The translations under genes were made by a program, and so were the position numbers. Shown piece by piece: positions 38,615 through 49,394 of a DNA stretch of 49,525 nucleotides. Below the pieces are notes generated by a model that saw nothing but the letters and a program-made list of their open reading frames with translations, did not search any database and was not told the DNA's origin. The stretch's first letter is position 1. Each line of letters starts with the position of its first letter. The stretch comes from Chiloscyllium plagiosum. Taxonomy: Eukaryota. The stretch covers positions 79,189,852 to 79,239,376 of the forward strand of contig NC_057718.1 in NCBI RefSeq assembly GCF_004010195.1, in the 5' to 3' direction.

Positions 38615-40005
38615 TTTCTCAGAGTGGGAATAAACAGATCTTTTAGAGTGGCAGCCAGTGACTAGTAGGATCCTCCTGGGAGTCAATGCTTGGATCCCAG
38701 CTTTTAACAATATATATTCATGACTGAGATGAGGCAACTATATGTTATACCTCCCAAGTTTGTCAACAGAATAAAGCTGGGTGAAAGTATGAGGTGTGAA
38801 GATGCAGAAGTGCTTCGGTGTGATTTGGACAAGTTGAGAGAGTAGGTAAATGCATGGAGATGAAGTAAAATGTACAAAAACAGGAGGTTGTCCACTTTTG
38901 GTAGCAAAAACAGGAAGGTAGATTTTTGAAACAAGTGGTAATAAATAGGGAAAAAAGAGAAAAAAGGGGAAAAAAAAAAAGGTACAAGACGACCAGTGTG
39001 CCTTTGTACACCAGCTGCTGAAAGTACGTGCAGGTACACAATCCTTCATTCAAAACCCTCGGGACCAGCTGGTCTTCAGAATTTTTCAGATTTCAGAATA
39101 AGTGACGGTTTGACAGTGAAAAAATTTACCAAACAGCAGACACAGAGTATTATGGGCCCAGAGACAGAATTAATGCCTGCCAGTGCTAGGTCACACCCCC
39201 ACGTCACATTGGAGTGATGTGGGTCGAGGGGTGTGGAATTGGCATGCATACAGTTGACCCAAACAACCTTGTTAATGAGTAAAAAAACTTCGAAGAAAAC
39301 TTCGGATTTCACAGCTTTTCGGATTTCAGGATTTTGGATAAAGGATTGTCTACTTGTATGCAGGTACAGCAGGCGGCAAAGATGGCAAGCTGTATTATGC
39401 TAACCTTCAAAGTAACAAGTTTTGTTTACAGGAGTAGGGATCTCTTGCTGCAGGCTTACAGAGCACTGTTCTAACCACATCTGGAGTACAGTGGGCAATT
39501 TTGCTCTCCTTATCGGAGGATGATGTTCTGGCTTTGGTGGGGGTGTAATGTAGATTTACCAAAAACGGATTCCGGAGATGGTAGGACTGACATATGGAGA
39601 GAGAATAAATTGGTTAGGTCTATATTCACTGGAGTTTGGAAGTGATGGTGATGGCAGAGAATTCATGACTAGACAGAAAGTAAATATGAAGAATGTTCTC
39701 AATGACCAGAAAGTCTACAGCCAGGAGTCACAGTCTAAGGAGCATGGGTTAGGTCATTTAGGATTGAGATAAAGAGAAACATCTAAGAGAGTGTGGCAAG
39801 CATGTGGAATTATCTGCCACAGTAAATAGTTGAGACCAAAACACTAAATTCTGAGGGAAGTCGATATAGTTCGTAGGGCTAAAGGGATCACTGTGTATGG
39901 TGAGAAAGCGGGAAGAGGGCATCAGATTGGATCAGCCAGGATCAAACTGAACAGCAAAGCAGGTTGAAGGATTCAAATATCTATTCCTGCTCCTATTTTC
40001 TGTGT
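38615..40005 (+). mobile_element. CR1 LINE, 3' continuation of the 35760-36675 copy (contains the MITE at 39031-39356)
   Basis: cagagtgggaataaac (QRVGIN), ccacatctggagtacagt (PHLEY), GLTYGERINWLGLYSLEF and the tail attcctgctcctattttctgtg. Confidence 0.72.
39031..39356. mobile_element. Non-autonomous Tc1/mariner-pogo (Tigger/Zombi-like) MITE inserted in a CR1 LINE
   Basis: Imperfect TIRs caggtacacaatccttcattcaaaa and ttttggataaaggattgtctacttg. TA follows at 39357-39358 (TG on the left). Subterminal ttcggatttc repeats are characteristic of Tigger4-like ends. Confidence 0.65.
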
Positions 40006-40627
40006 TTTGGTTAGTTATGGAAAAGACCAAAAAAATCCAAAGCATGAATTATTAATTGTGGGGAAAGCCAACTTCAATTATGTAACAACCAATCTGGACA
40101 AGAAAAATTTGAATCAAAAGTTGGGAAGTAAAATGGTAACTGAACAATAGGCTGGCTCTAAAGCAGGCAATAAATCGGGCACAGTCAATCAAAGTTTTTA
40201 AACCACAAAAAGGGAAAGATAGGGAAAACAACTCCAAAGATCCCTTGAAGACAAACAGGATAAAGAGCAAGATGAAAAAAAAGTCTGCAATGGCAGACAA
40301 CAGGTTGATAACAGAATAGTAGACAAAATAATAGGCTGAATACAGAAGGTTGGAGAGGGGTCAGGAAAAAACAGATGTCAAGCCAAGTCAAGGCAAATCC
40401 TACCTCATTACTTTAACCATTAAATGTAACGCTGACCGCTACATTTTAAAATGGGCATTGAAGAATTTTAAAATGACTCAAACTGCTAAGAGTCAGTTCA
40501 CCTTTGCTTGTGCAATATAGTCCATCAAGCTTCTGGAAAGTTCCAAATTGAATCATACTGGGTAGGGGACTTTCCCCTGGAATAAAGATACCCAAGACGA
40601 ATGTTGAGTGCTAGTTTACACTTGCTA

Positions 40628-40835
40628 TTAGATTAGATTTAGAATCCCTACACAGTGTAGAAACAGGCCCTTTGGCCCAACCAGTCCACACCCACTCTCC
40701 GAAAACTAACCCACCCAGATCCATTTCCCTCTGACTAATGCACGTAACACTATGGGCAATTTAGCATGGCCAATCCACTTGACTTGCACATCTTTGGACT
40801 GTGGGAGGAAACCAGTGCACCCGGAGGAAACCCAC
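40628..40835 (-). mobile_element. HE1/V-SINE-like SINE, 5'-truncated
   Basis: (ttaga)n tail, aaacaggccctttggccc, gcaatttagcatggccaat, ggactgtgggaggaaacc...cccggaggaaaccca. Confidence 0.8.
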
Positions 40836-41274
40836 TAATCTTTAGTGATCTTTGACTAAAGATTACTCAAAGCACAAAACTAGTGGACTCCTAGAGCTTA
40901 AATTCTTATATTTTGGCTTTATTATTTTCATCAAGTTTTAATCAAAGGTTTGCTAACAACAAGGCCTAGTGAAATTTTCTTGCACAATCATCCTAAACTC
41001 ATCTCTAACAACCTTTTGGCACCTTTGTCTGATGCCAGTCCAAATCTCCCACTCATAGTTAAAAAGCTATGTGTACAGGCATCCCTGGTGCCTGCACTAT
41101 ATTTAAGAGTTAATGTACAATGGGTCAGGCACCGAGTACAGAACTGTCCCATATGTGGTTGTAGACATTTGCCCTGGACTTGGGGGTCAAGGGGAAATTG
41201 GTACGCACCTTGGATGGATGGGGATGTGTAGAGAAAGGACTGCCCCGTCCCTCAGGGACGACGGCAGCCATGAT

Positions 41275-41312
41275 CACACGCACACGCATGCGCACACATG
41301 CACACACACACA
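41275..41312. repeat. Imperfect (CA)n/(RY)n microsatellite
   Basis: cacacgcacacgcatgcgcacacatgcacacacacaca. Confidence 0.85.
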
Positions 41313-42677
41313 CCAGAACTGTATAACAAGGGTGAAAGAATCAGGATGCTGATGCAAGTATTCATCTCCTCACCGTATACAAAGGAGAGGATTCTGGCCC
41401 TTGCAGGTAAAGCCTGGAACCCTATTGTAGAGATGCTAAAAGTTCTGCAACCCAGCAACCAAGTACAAAGCATTGTTTACTGTTGTAAACTATTGTTTAT
41501 GCCCATCATCCCTTGTGATTTTAATTTATCACCTAGTTGCAATATTCTGTAGTCTTCCACAGGCACCAGTGAGAGATCCACTGTTTCTACATCAAGACAG
41601 TCACCTTGCAAAACATGTTCTTCTCTCCCTCAAAAAGGAGGGAAGCCCAGATGCTCTAAATGAAGCACTGGCAGGGCTGGCTTCTGAACTCCCAATCAGC
41701 TCAGATACTTGCACTTTTATTTTAAAATGATTACAGGTAATAGCATCTACATCACTGCCATGTCTTACACAGCCGGCTGTGAAAAAAACATCTCAGGTTG
41801 CTGGCACTCAAAGGTCTGCTGGAGAACAAGCACCTGTTCAGTTCCAGGTAGGAGAAGATCCTGTGGTGTGGGAAATTCACAATTTCATACAGATACACAA
41901 GCAGATGCAGAAGCAGGAGGCAGGTTTGTTGGGGGACACTGGGCAACCTAATTAAGAGGCTGAAGCAACATAGTTAGGACTCTACTACCTTAGGTGAGAG
42001 AGCATCTGGCTGTCTCCACAGTCATGTCCAACATTCAGTGCATTCAACAGACCAACTGACCTATACTGTATTGTTCTAACATTGGTGCTCAACACCAAGA
42101 TGAAGGTGAAACGAGGGAATCTGACCTCAACTCTAGGATCTCCTTCTTCACAAGGAAGCAGTTAGTGCCACAGGCATCCAGCTGCAGGAGAAACCATCCA
42201 TTTCTATCAGTCTTCTCAGGACACACCAGATATGTCTGCACCTTCCATCTCCACCCTACTTGGCATTCAGTCCCATGCAAGCTACAGCTGAGGAAGATAC
42301 ACCTGCATCTGAGCAGGACACAAAGGATAATTGAGCCCTCTAGCCTTAAAGGCTCTGGCGGTTACCCAACCAAACCTTTAAGGCCAACAGATTCCACTGT
42401 AGGGGAGACAACTTCCATCTCAAACTGTATATTTCTGGGTTCCACAGCTGAAGGAACAATGATGACTGGACAGCATAGATGACTCAGATGAGGCAAGTTT
42501 TTGAGTTGGTAAAATTGATCACTTTACACACCAGCTGTGTGATAATCTAACCACAACAACAGCATAGTACAGAGTTCACTAGTACTAGACATGATATTAT
42601 GTTGCCCAAGGTGTGAAGAGAACTGCTCCTACAGGCAAGGCGATTGCTACTTGGCAACTAGGCTTCATTCTTTCCAG

Positions 42678-42879
42678 CTGAAAATGTGTTGCTGGAAAAG
42701 CGCAGCAGGTCAGGCAGTATCCAGGGAACAGGAGAATTGGGCATAAGCCCTCCTGAAGAAGGGCTTATGCCCGAAACGTCAATTCTCCTGTTCCCTGGAT
42801 GCTGCCTGACCTGCTGCGCTTTTCCAGCAACACATTTTCAGCTCTGATCTCCAGCATCTGCAGACGTCACTTTCTCCTC
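42678..42879 (+). mobile_element. Non-autonomous fold-back PLE pLTR insertion with hammerhead ribozyme motif and 15-bp TSD
   Basis: Direct repeats cttcattctttccag at 42663-42677 and 42880-42894. Inverted arms 42676-42739 and 42780-42843 are 64 bp with 1 mismatch. Same 3' terminus (cactttctcctc) as the PLE at 22460-23322. Confidence 0.88.
42753..42780 (+). ncRNA. Minimal type I hammerhead ribozyme motif (PLE-associated), intact core
   Basis: CUGAAGA-A-GGGC(UUAU)GCCC-GAAA-CG-UC: conserved CUGANGA and GAAA boxes, a 4-bp stem II, a palindromic ACGU mini stem III and a GUC cleavage triplet. Confidence 0.7.
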
Positions 42880-43210
42880 CTTCATTCTTTCCAGATAGAT
42901 TAACATTTGCATTGCATCATTGGCATTAGCAGAATTAATTTAGCATCCTGCATTCTATGGTGAGGAATACTTAGTGCAAGGATTTGGACAACACAAAAGT
43001 AGGACAAAGGCTCACAAGGCATGTATGATCCATATTTCAGCTTCAGTACACGTGTTAATATAGTGACATTGTACTTTTAAAATGCCTCATGAAGCACTCA
43101 CCCATTGAATCCAGATGTAATCACAACAATTGTCTTTTCCATTGTGCTGTAAATAACATATGTGCAATGAAAAAGGTAACAGCAGTCACTCCATGAAGAG
43201 TGACTGCTTA

Positions 43211-43535
43211 GGGGCGGCACGGTGGCACAGTGGTTAGCACTGTTGCCTCGCAGCGCCAGAGACCCGGGTTCAATTCCCGCCTCAGGCGACTGACTGTGTG
43301 GAGTTTGCACATTCTCCCCGTGTCTGCGTGGGTTTCCTCTGGGTGCTCCGGTTTCCTCCCACAATCCAAAAATGTGCAGGTTAGGTGAATTGGCCATGCT
43401 AAATTGCCCGTAGTGTTAGGTGACAGGGTAAAATGTAGGAGTATGGGTCTGGGTGGTATACGCTTCGGCGGGTCGGTGTGGACTTGTTGGGCCGAAGGGC
43501 CTGTTTCCACACTGTAAGTAATCTAATCTAATCTA
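43211..43535 (+). mobile_element. Full-length tRNA-derived SINE, HE1/V-SINE-like, young
   Basis: A box (ggtggcacagtggtt) and B box (ggttcaattcc), V-domain gtgtggagtttgcacattctccccgtgtctgcgtgggtttcc, CR1-like tail gggccgaagggcctgtttcc and an (atcta)n end. Confidence 0.88.
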
Positions 43536-43998
43536 AAAAAAAAGAATCTTGAGCTCAGTTCAACTCTGAATCCCCAAATGTATAGATGTCCTTCATGGAA
43601 ATGCTTCCTATCAAATCTATGACCTTTACACTTCCCCAAATGCCCCGCACAAACCCATCTTCACCAGCTCACTATATCCGCAGCCTCAAATCATATCAAA
43701 TAAACATGCCAGATCTAGTAGTGATTAGAACACTGACCACTCATGGAAGCAAAGATGTGCTGCTTATAGTCAATGACCAGCCTCACTCCCCTTCTCCAAA
43801 ATGAATTCTTTCCTTCCATATTAAAATAATCTAATTTTTCGTATATTTCTTCTGTATTACAATCCCCTTTTCATCGGAGGATTCCGATTGGAGTCTCCAC
43901 AATTGAATTTTCCCAGCATCTCTCCCCAAGCAGTGGTCCCCTAGGAGTGATCATGGCCCAGCCAAAAGTGACTTAACTAGGCAGCCCTGAACAATGAC

Positions 43999-44080
43999 GG
44001 ACGACAAAGCAGCACTCCAAAAGCTACTGCGTCCAATTAAATCTGTTGGACTATAACCTGGTGGTGTGTGATTTTTAACT
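43999..44080 (+). mobile_element. Short PLE-derived repeat (fourth family), strongly decayed hammerhead motif
   Basis: gacgacaaagcagcactccaaaagctactgcgtccaattaaatctgttggactataacctgg... resembles a recalled elasmobranch repeat ctgatgaaggagcagcgctccgaaagcta... (AGCU palindromic stem III). Recognised from memory, not searched. Confidence 0.45.
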
Positions 44081-44274
44081 CTGACCAATGAATGACCAGA
44101 CTGACTGATCGCTCTGAGTGTTGTCGAGACTCCTCTGGCTGGTTGTATAAGATCCAGTGACCCACTCCCTGGACTACAGAGGTCTAGACCTACTGGCCAT
44201 CCCAAGGATAATCAATCTCCCTATGACTTACTGTGCCAGGACCTCTGACCAAAGGACGTCTCAACTGAAGCATG

Positions 44275-44585
44275 AACATTCGAATAAAAGAACAACATGA
44301 CCTTCAAGCCTACTCCACCATTCGATAAGATGATGGCTGCACTGGTTTTAATCTCAACTCAACATTCATGAATGTCACAATAATCTTTCATCCCATTGGT
44401 TATCAAGGATCCACCCCTGCTTTAAAATTTAAGAATTCTGTATCCACTGCATTTTGAGGTAGGAAATTCCAAAGACTCCATCTTTAAAACGTTTCATCAG
44501 TTTTAAATGGCCACTCTTATTTTTAAGCTATGACCGCTAGTCCTAGATTCTCCCAGGAAAGGAAACATCTTTTCCACATCCACCC
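44275..44585 (-). mobile_element. CR1 3' UTR fragment
   Basis: ccaccattcgataagatgatggctg...gaaattccaaagactc...ttttaaatggc...ggaaacatc is a typical CR1 tail. Confidence 0.55.
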
Positions 44586-44662
44586 AGAAAAGTTGATTAA
44601 AACAAGATCATGATGCAAGTCACCGGATTCTAAATTCCCAAGGAGACTTATCTAGCTTTCTT

Positions 44663-44966
44663 TGGGGCGGAACGGTGGCTCAGTATTTAGCACTGCTGCT
44701 TCACAGCGCCAGGGACCCGGGTTCGATTCCAGCCTTGGGCAACTGTCCGTGTGGAGTTTGCACATTCTCCCCGTGTCTGCGAGTGTTTCCTCCGGGTGCT
44801 CCGGTTTCCTCCCACAGTCCAAAGGTGTGCAGGTTAGGTCAATTGGTCATGCTAAATTGCCCGTAGAGTTCGGTGCATTAGTTAGGGGGAATGGGTCTGG
44901 GTGGGTTACTCTTCGGAGGGTTGGTGTGGACTAGATGGGCCGAAGGGCCCGTTTCCTGATCTAATC
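44663..44966 (+). mobile_element. HE1/V-SINE-like SINE
   Basis: Same head, V-domain and tail organisation as 43211-43535. Confidence 0.85.
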
Positions 44967-45129
44967 CTCATACTTGACATTCATACTTTCCTCAGACTGG
45001 TCTGAAGACTACTCCCTTTAGACTTTGAGACAATGTCATTTGGTTGATGCACACAAAGATACATGTTGCTGGCGTGCTGTGCCCATGCAAGGTTGGCCCT
45101 CTGTACCACTTAGCAAAACATCCACCCTC

Positions 45130-45305
45130 AGAGTGGTGGATGTAGGTTCAGTTACAGCATTTAAAAGACATTTGGATAAGTTCATTAATAGGAAAGGTTT
45201 AGAGGGATATCAGCCAAGGGCAGGCAGGAAGGACTGGTTTAGTTTGGGAACATGGTCAATGTGGACTGGTTGGATCGAAGGGTCTGTTTCCATGTTTTAT
45301 GACTG
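45130..45305 (+). mobile_element. CR1 3' terminal fragment
   Basis: VVDVGSVTAFKRHLDKFINRKGLEGY plus tail gaagggtctgtttcc...tatgact. Confidence 0.72.
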
Positions 45306-45884
45306 ATTGTTGCCAAGTATGACAAACTACTCAGTTTTAGGTCTGCACTAAACTGTGGGATAAGTCAGAAGTATGGTTAGCCTTTCAGATGCAGCGGAGG
45401 GATAAAAAGTACTAAGGTGCCAGGCAGGGCTGCTTTCAGCATTCAGTGGAACAACAGTGAATAAGCACAAAGACAGCAAGCAGCAGCCCAAATATGCAGC
45501 TTGGTCCAGGCCATGATTTGCACTACTACCCTTGCAGTAGCATTCCAAAGACAGGTGCTAGAACATTCCAAAATGCAAAATGGCAGTGAAGCAGCACTAT
45601 AAATTCAATGGCAATATGCCAGAAGTCAGTGTATGTGGACATGGGTGTGCCCCAAGATGTTGGTTCTGGGTGTTCAAGATGTAGGCCCAGAGCAGCAACT
45701 TGGAGTCTTGAGAACCTGCTGTGACTATCACATTAGAAATTCCCAATCTCTGGTGAGTGGGAGAATGGAAGTCTGCATATCAAATAAGGGTAGCAAGAAT
45801 CTCATCTCAACATCCAGGACTTGGTTGGAAAATGCAAACTTTTGATCTCAATGTCAAACAACCCCTCATTCAACAGAATTTCTA

Positions 45885-46150
45885 ACATGTGGAAATAGGT
45901 CATTCAGCCCATCAAGTCACGCCAACCCTCATAACAGCACAGACCCATCCCTCTACCCTGTCCCTGTAACCCTGCATTTTCTTATGGCCAATCCACCTAA
46001 CCTGCACATCTTTGGACTGTGAGAGGAAACCTGAGCACCGAGAAGAAACTCTCAGACACAATGAGAATGTGCAAATTCCACAGACAGTTGCACAAAGCTG
46101 GAATCAAATCCAGGTCCCTCGCGCTGAGGCAGCAGTGCTAACCACAGAGT
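45885..46150 (-). mobile_element. HE1/V-SINE-like SINE, older copy
   Basis: ggccaatccacctaacctgcacatctttggactgtg...gtgcaaattccacagac...gaggcagcagtgctaaccac. Confidence 0.78.
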
Positions 46151-46777
46151 TGTCCATCTAAAAATTCTCTCAAATTTCAGTGCCTAGGAAGACTCTGCTC
46201 TTAGACACGATCTCCAAGTTCGCAATTGAACAAAAGCTGACACAGACCAATTATTGATTAGTTAAGAGTGAAAGTATGTCACCAAGCTCTAATTGTGAAG
46301 TGATGGCTTCACACTAACAAAATTATTCTGGTTGCATGATACCACCATTGAGAGAGTCTGGAATCAAGTGGAAGTAACAGACTTTGATCGAAGTATCAAG
46401 AAAGGACGTGAATCATTTATAGATCATTAAAGGCCACATGAAGTCAGCAGCAACACTGTGCCCTCCTCACCTTTTTAAGAGCTGGAAGGTTGTTATAAAG
46501 TCTCCTGACACAAAAGACATGCCTGATTCATGACTGACTGAACGTTTCCATTCAAAAAACTCTACTATAATTTTGATATGTGATTCTAAGTATCTAAACC
46601 ACAGTTCAAAAATAAAAGACTTCCTGCTGTTTTTAGTTTATCATCAGCTAACCAAATAAACTATTAACTATTCACTATTCTTTTGGGTTAACCTTTGTAG
46701 AAGTACATGCCATTCTTTAACTGCATTTCTTAAACTGCAGTGAGCGACTAATGTAGTACTTACATTTTTCAGCACTA

Positions 46778-47495
46778 ATCATAGGGATGTATAGCATGGA
46801 AACAGACCCTTCGGTCCGAAGCAGTCTATGCCAACCAGATATCCCAACCCAAACTTGTCCCACCTGCCAGCACCCGGCCTATATCCCTCCAAACCCTTCT
46901 TATTCATATACCTATCCAAATGCCTCTTAAAATGTTGCAATTGTACCAGCCTCCACCACATCTTCTGGCAGCTCATTCCATACGTACAAGTACCACCCTC
47001 TGCGTGAAAAGGTTGCCCCTTAGGTCTCTTTTGTATCTTTCCCCTCTCACCCTAAACCTATTCCCTCTAGTTCTGGACTCCCTGACCCCAGGGAAAAGAC
47101 TTTGTCTCTTTATCCTATCCATGCCCCTCAATTTTGTAAACCTCTATAAAGATCACCCCTCAGCCTCCGATGTTCCAGGGAAAACAGCCCCAGTCTGTTC
47201 AGTCTCTCCCTGTAGCTCAGATCCTCCAACCCTGGCAACATCCTTGTAAATCTTTTCTGAACCCTTTCAAGTTTCACAACATCTTTCTGATAAGANNNNN
47301 NNNNNNNNNNNNNNNNNNNNNNNNNNNNNNNNNNNNNGAATTAAACTCCATCTGCCACTTCTCAGCCCATTGGCCCATCTGGTCCAGATCCTGTTGTAAT
47401 CGGAGTAACCCTCTTCGCTGTCCACTACACCTCCAATTTTGGCGTCATCTGCAAACTTACTAACTTTACCTCTTATGCTCGCATCCAAATCATTT
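46778..47495 (-). mobile_element. Young CR1 (HER1-like) LINE 3' part spanning a small N gap
   Basis: SKFADDAKIGGVVDSEEG and FKRHLDRYMNKKGLEGY; highly similar to 14600-15480. Confidence 0.85.
47296..47337. other. Assembly gap (42 N)
   Basis: Run of N inside a CR1 copy. Confidence 0.99.
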
Positions 47496-47739
47496 AAGCA
47501 CTAGTGTGCAAATAAGTAGTCCTCTATACCGAAACCCTGAAAATCTGTTGCTGTATTTAGACTAATTGCATTCTGCTGGAAAGATAAGGCATAATAGTTC
47601 TGAAATACACAAATTTACTATTAAAGAAATAAAGCACTGATTGCAAACTGTAGGAAAGGAAGTTGGAGTTTCAGTTTGTTCCTCATTTATCTGTAATAAA
47701 AATAATAGAAGCAAGGATAAGAACTAGACTGGCAACCAG

Positions 47740-49085
47740 CACAAGGGAATCACAAAATCTTCTCGGCGTACAAACATTAAAAGAGGGGGTGCTGAGGAAT
47801 GAGGCAATTGAGATTGAATAAGAGATCAGTGCATGCATACAGGGAATATAATTAATGTTTATTTAAATTTACACTTTTCATCTGTTATCCCAAAATATGC
47901 TGATAGTCAGGGGGATGGGTCAGTGCTTAATCATTCATCAGAACCAGATGATATAAATCCAAAAGAAAATTGAAGGAATAGTGCATAGGAACTAGAGGTG
48001 CACAGGCCATAAATTTCCAGTCTTCTTTAGACTTGTGGATGGTACCAGAGGAATGAAGAATTACAAACATTTACACTCTTCGTTCAAATAGCAGTGTAAA
48101 GATAGGTCAATAGTTGCTGAGCTTGTCAGTTTAACTGGGGTGGGAAAGTCCTGAAACTGTTAATTTTGGTTTGAATTGTCACTCAAGCATTTGTGGATTA
48201 ATTTAAAAAAGGAAAGATAGCAAGGATCTGTTCAGGGCAATTTTTTTTTCAAAAACTAATTCATTTGATGTTTTTGAAAAGGTCTGATGGAGGGCAAAGA
48301 CTGTTGGAGAGCAAAAGTTGGTGATGTGGGTACCTAAACTTCCAAGGAGCATTTAATAGAGTCACATAACAGATTTGCCAACAAAGCAATAGTTCATGGA
48401 ATAAGAGGGACAGTAGTCACATGGATGTGAAAAAGGCCCAGTGACAGGAGACAGTAATGATTAACACATGCAAACATATGCTGGTGAAACTCAGCAGGTC
48501 TGACAGCACTTGTGGAGAAAGAAACAAAAAAAAGTTAATATTTTGAATGCAGTACAGCTTCTTCAGAAGTTAAACAAGGGTGCAATATTTGCAATTCAAC
48601 AGCATCACCTAAGTCAGCAAAAGAGTGGCCTGAAGAACAGTCATACAGGATTCAAAATATTAACCATTCTCTCTCCAGATGTTGCAAGTCTGAGTTTCTC
48701 CAGCATTCTCTGTACTGGTTTCAGGTTTCCAACATCAACAGCATTTTGCTTTTACTTGAGTGATTAACAGATGCCATTTGAAATGGAGGAAGGTTTGCAG
48801 TGCAGTTCCCCCTCAGAAGTCAGGGATTAAAGCCTTGCTCTTCCTAGCACATACTAGTGACTTAGAGCTTGGTGTTTGAAAATTTGTAGATGATACCAAA
48901 CTTGGAACCACTGCAAACAGAGGTCAGGGTAGAACTTCACAAAAGGACAGACTGGTACAGGTAGACAAGTGGCAATGGAATTTCAAAAATAAAATTATTC
49001 ATTTTGGTAGGAAGATTCAGACCAATGTAAAATAATGGGTTATTCTTAAGTTGGGAGAGCAGCAGAGGGTTCCAAAAGTTACATC
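47740..49085 (+). mobile_element. Old CR1 LINE fragments (RT), interrupted by the PLE-derived pair at 48480-48753
   Basis: ggatggtaccagaggaatgaaga, aacttccaaggagcatttaatagagtc (xFQGAFNRV), catggaataagaggg and aaatttgtagatgataccaaactt (KFVDDTKL). Confidence 0.6.
48480..48753. mobile_element. Old inverted pair of PLE-derived pLTR repeats (minus copy ~48480-48568, plus copy ~48630-48753)
   Basis: ctcagcaggtctgacagcacttgtggaga...cttcttcagaa is the reverse complement of the 3621 family. It is followed by ctgaagaacagtc...tctctccagatgttgcaagtctgagtttctccagcatt in plus orientation. Confidence 0.55.
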
Positions 49086-49394
49086 TCAGGCCAGTTTCGT
49101 TCAGTTACTGTTGGCTTTTTAGGTATACAAAGATTGGGATCCCAGGCACTTAGAAAAACCACAAGATTTAACTTACTATATTAAAATGTGGATTGTTCTC
49201 AATTCTAATAAGCATGTGTTTATACTTTAACATCCATAATTACTTAGGTAAACTGCAGTCGACTTCCCATAGAGAGAGTGCATCATTTAGCAAAATGTGG
49301 GCTTAAACCCAGAGGATTTCTCTGCAACATACCACCCCCACCCGAATTAGTGACACCATGGATCACTAAATTTCACTAACTTTGTCCCTTATAC

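Noticed and set aside
43211..43285. tRNA-like sequence with A and B boxes
   Set aside because: It is the SINE head, continuous with the V-domain and tail; not a tRNA gene.
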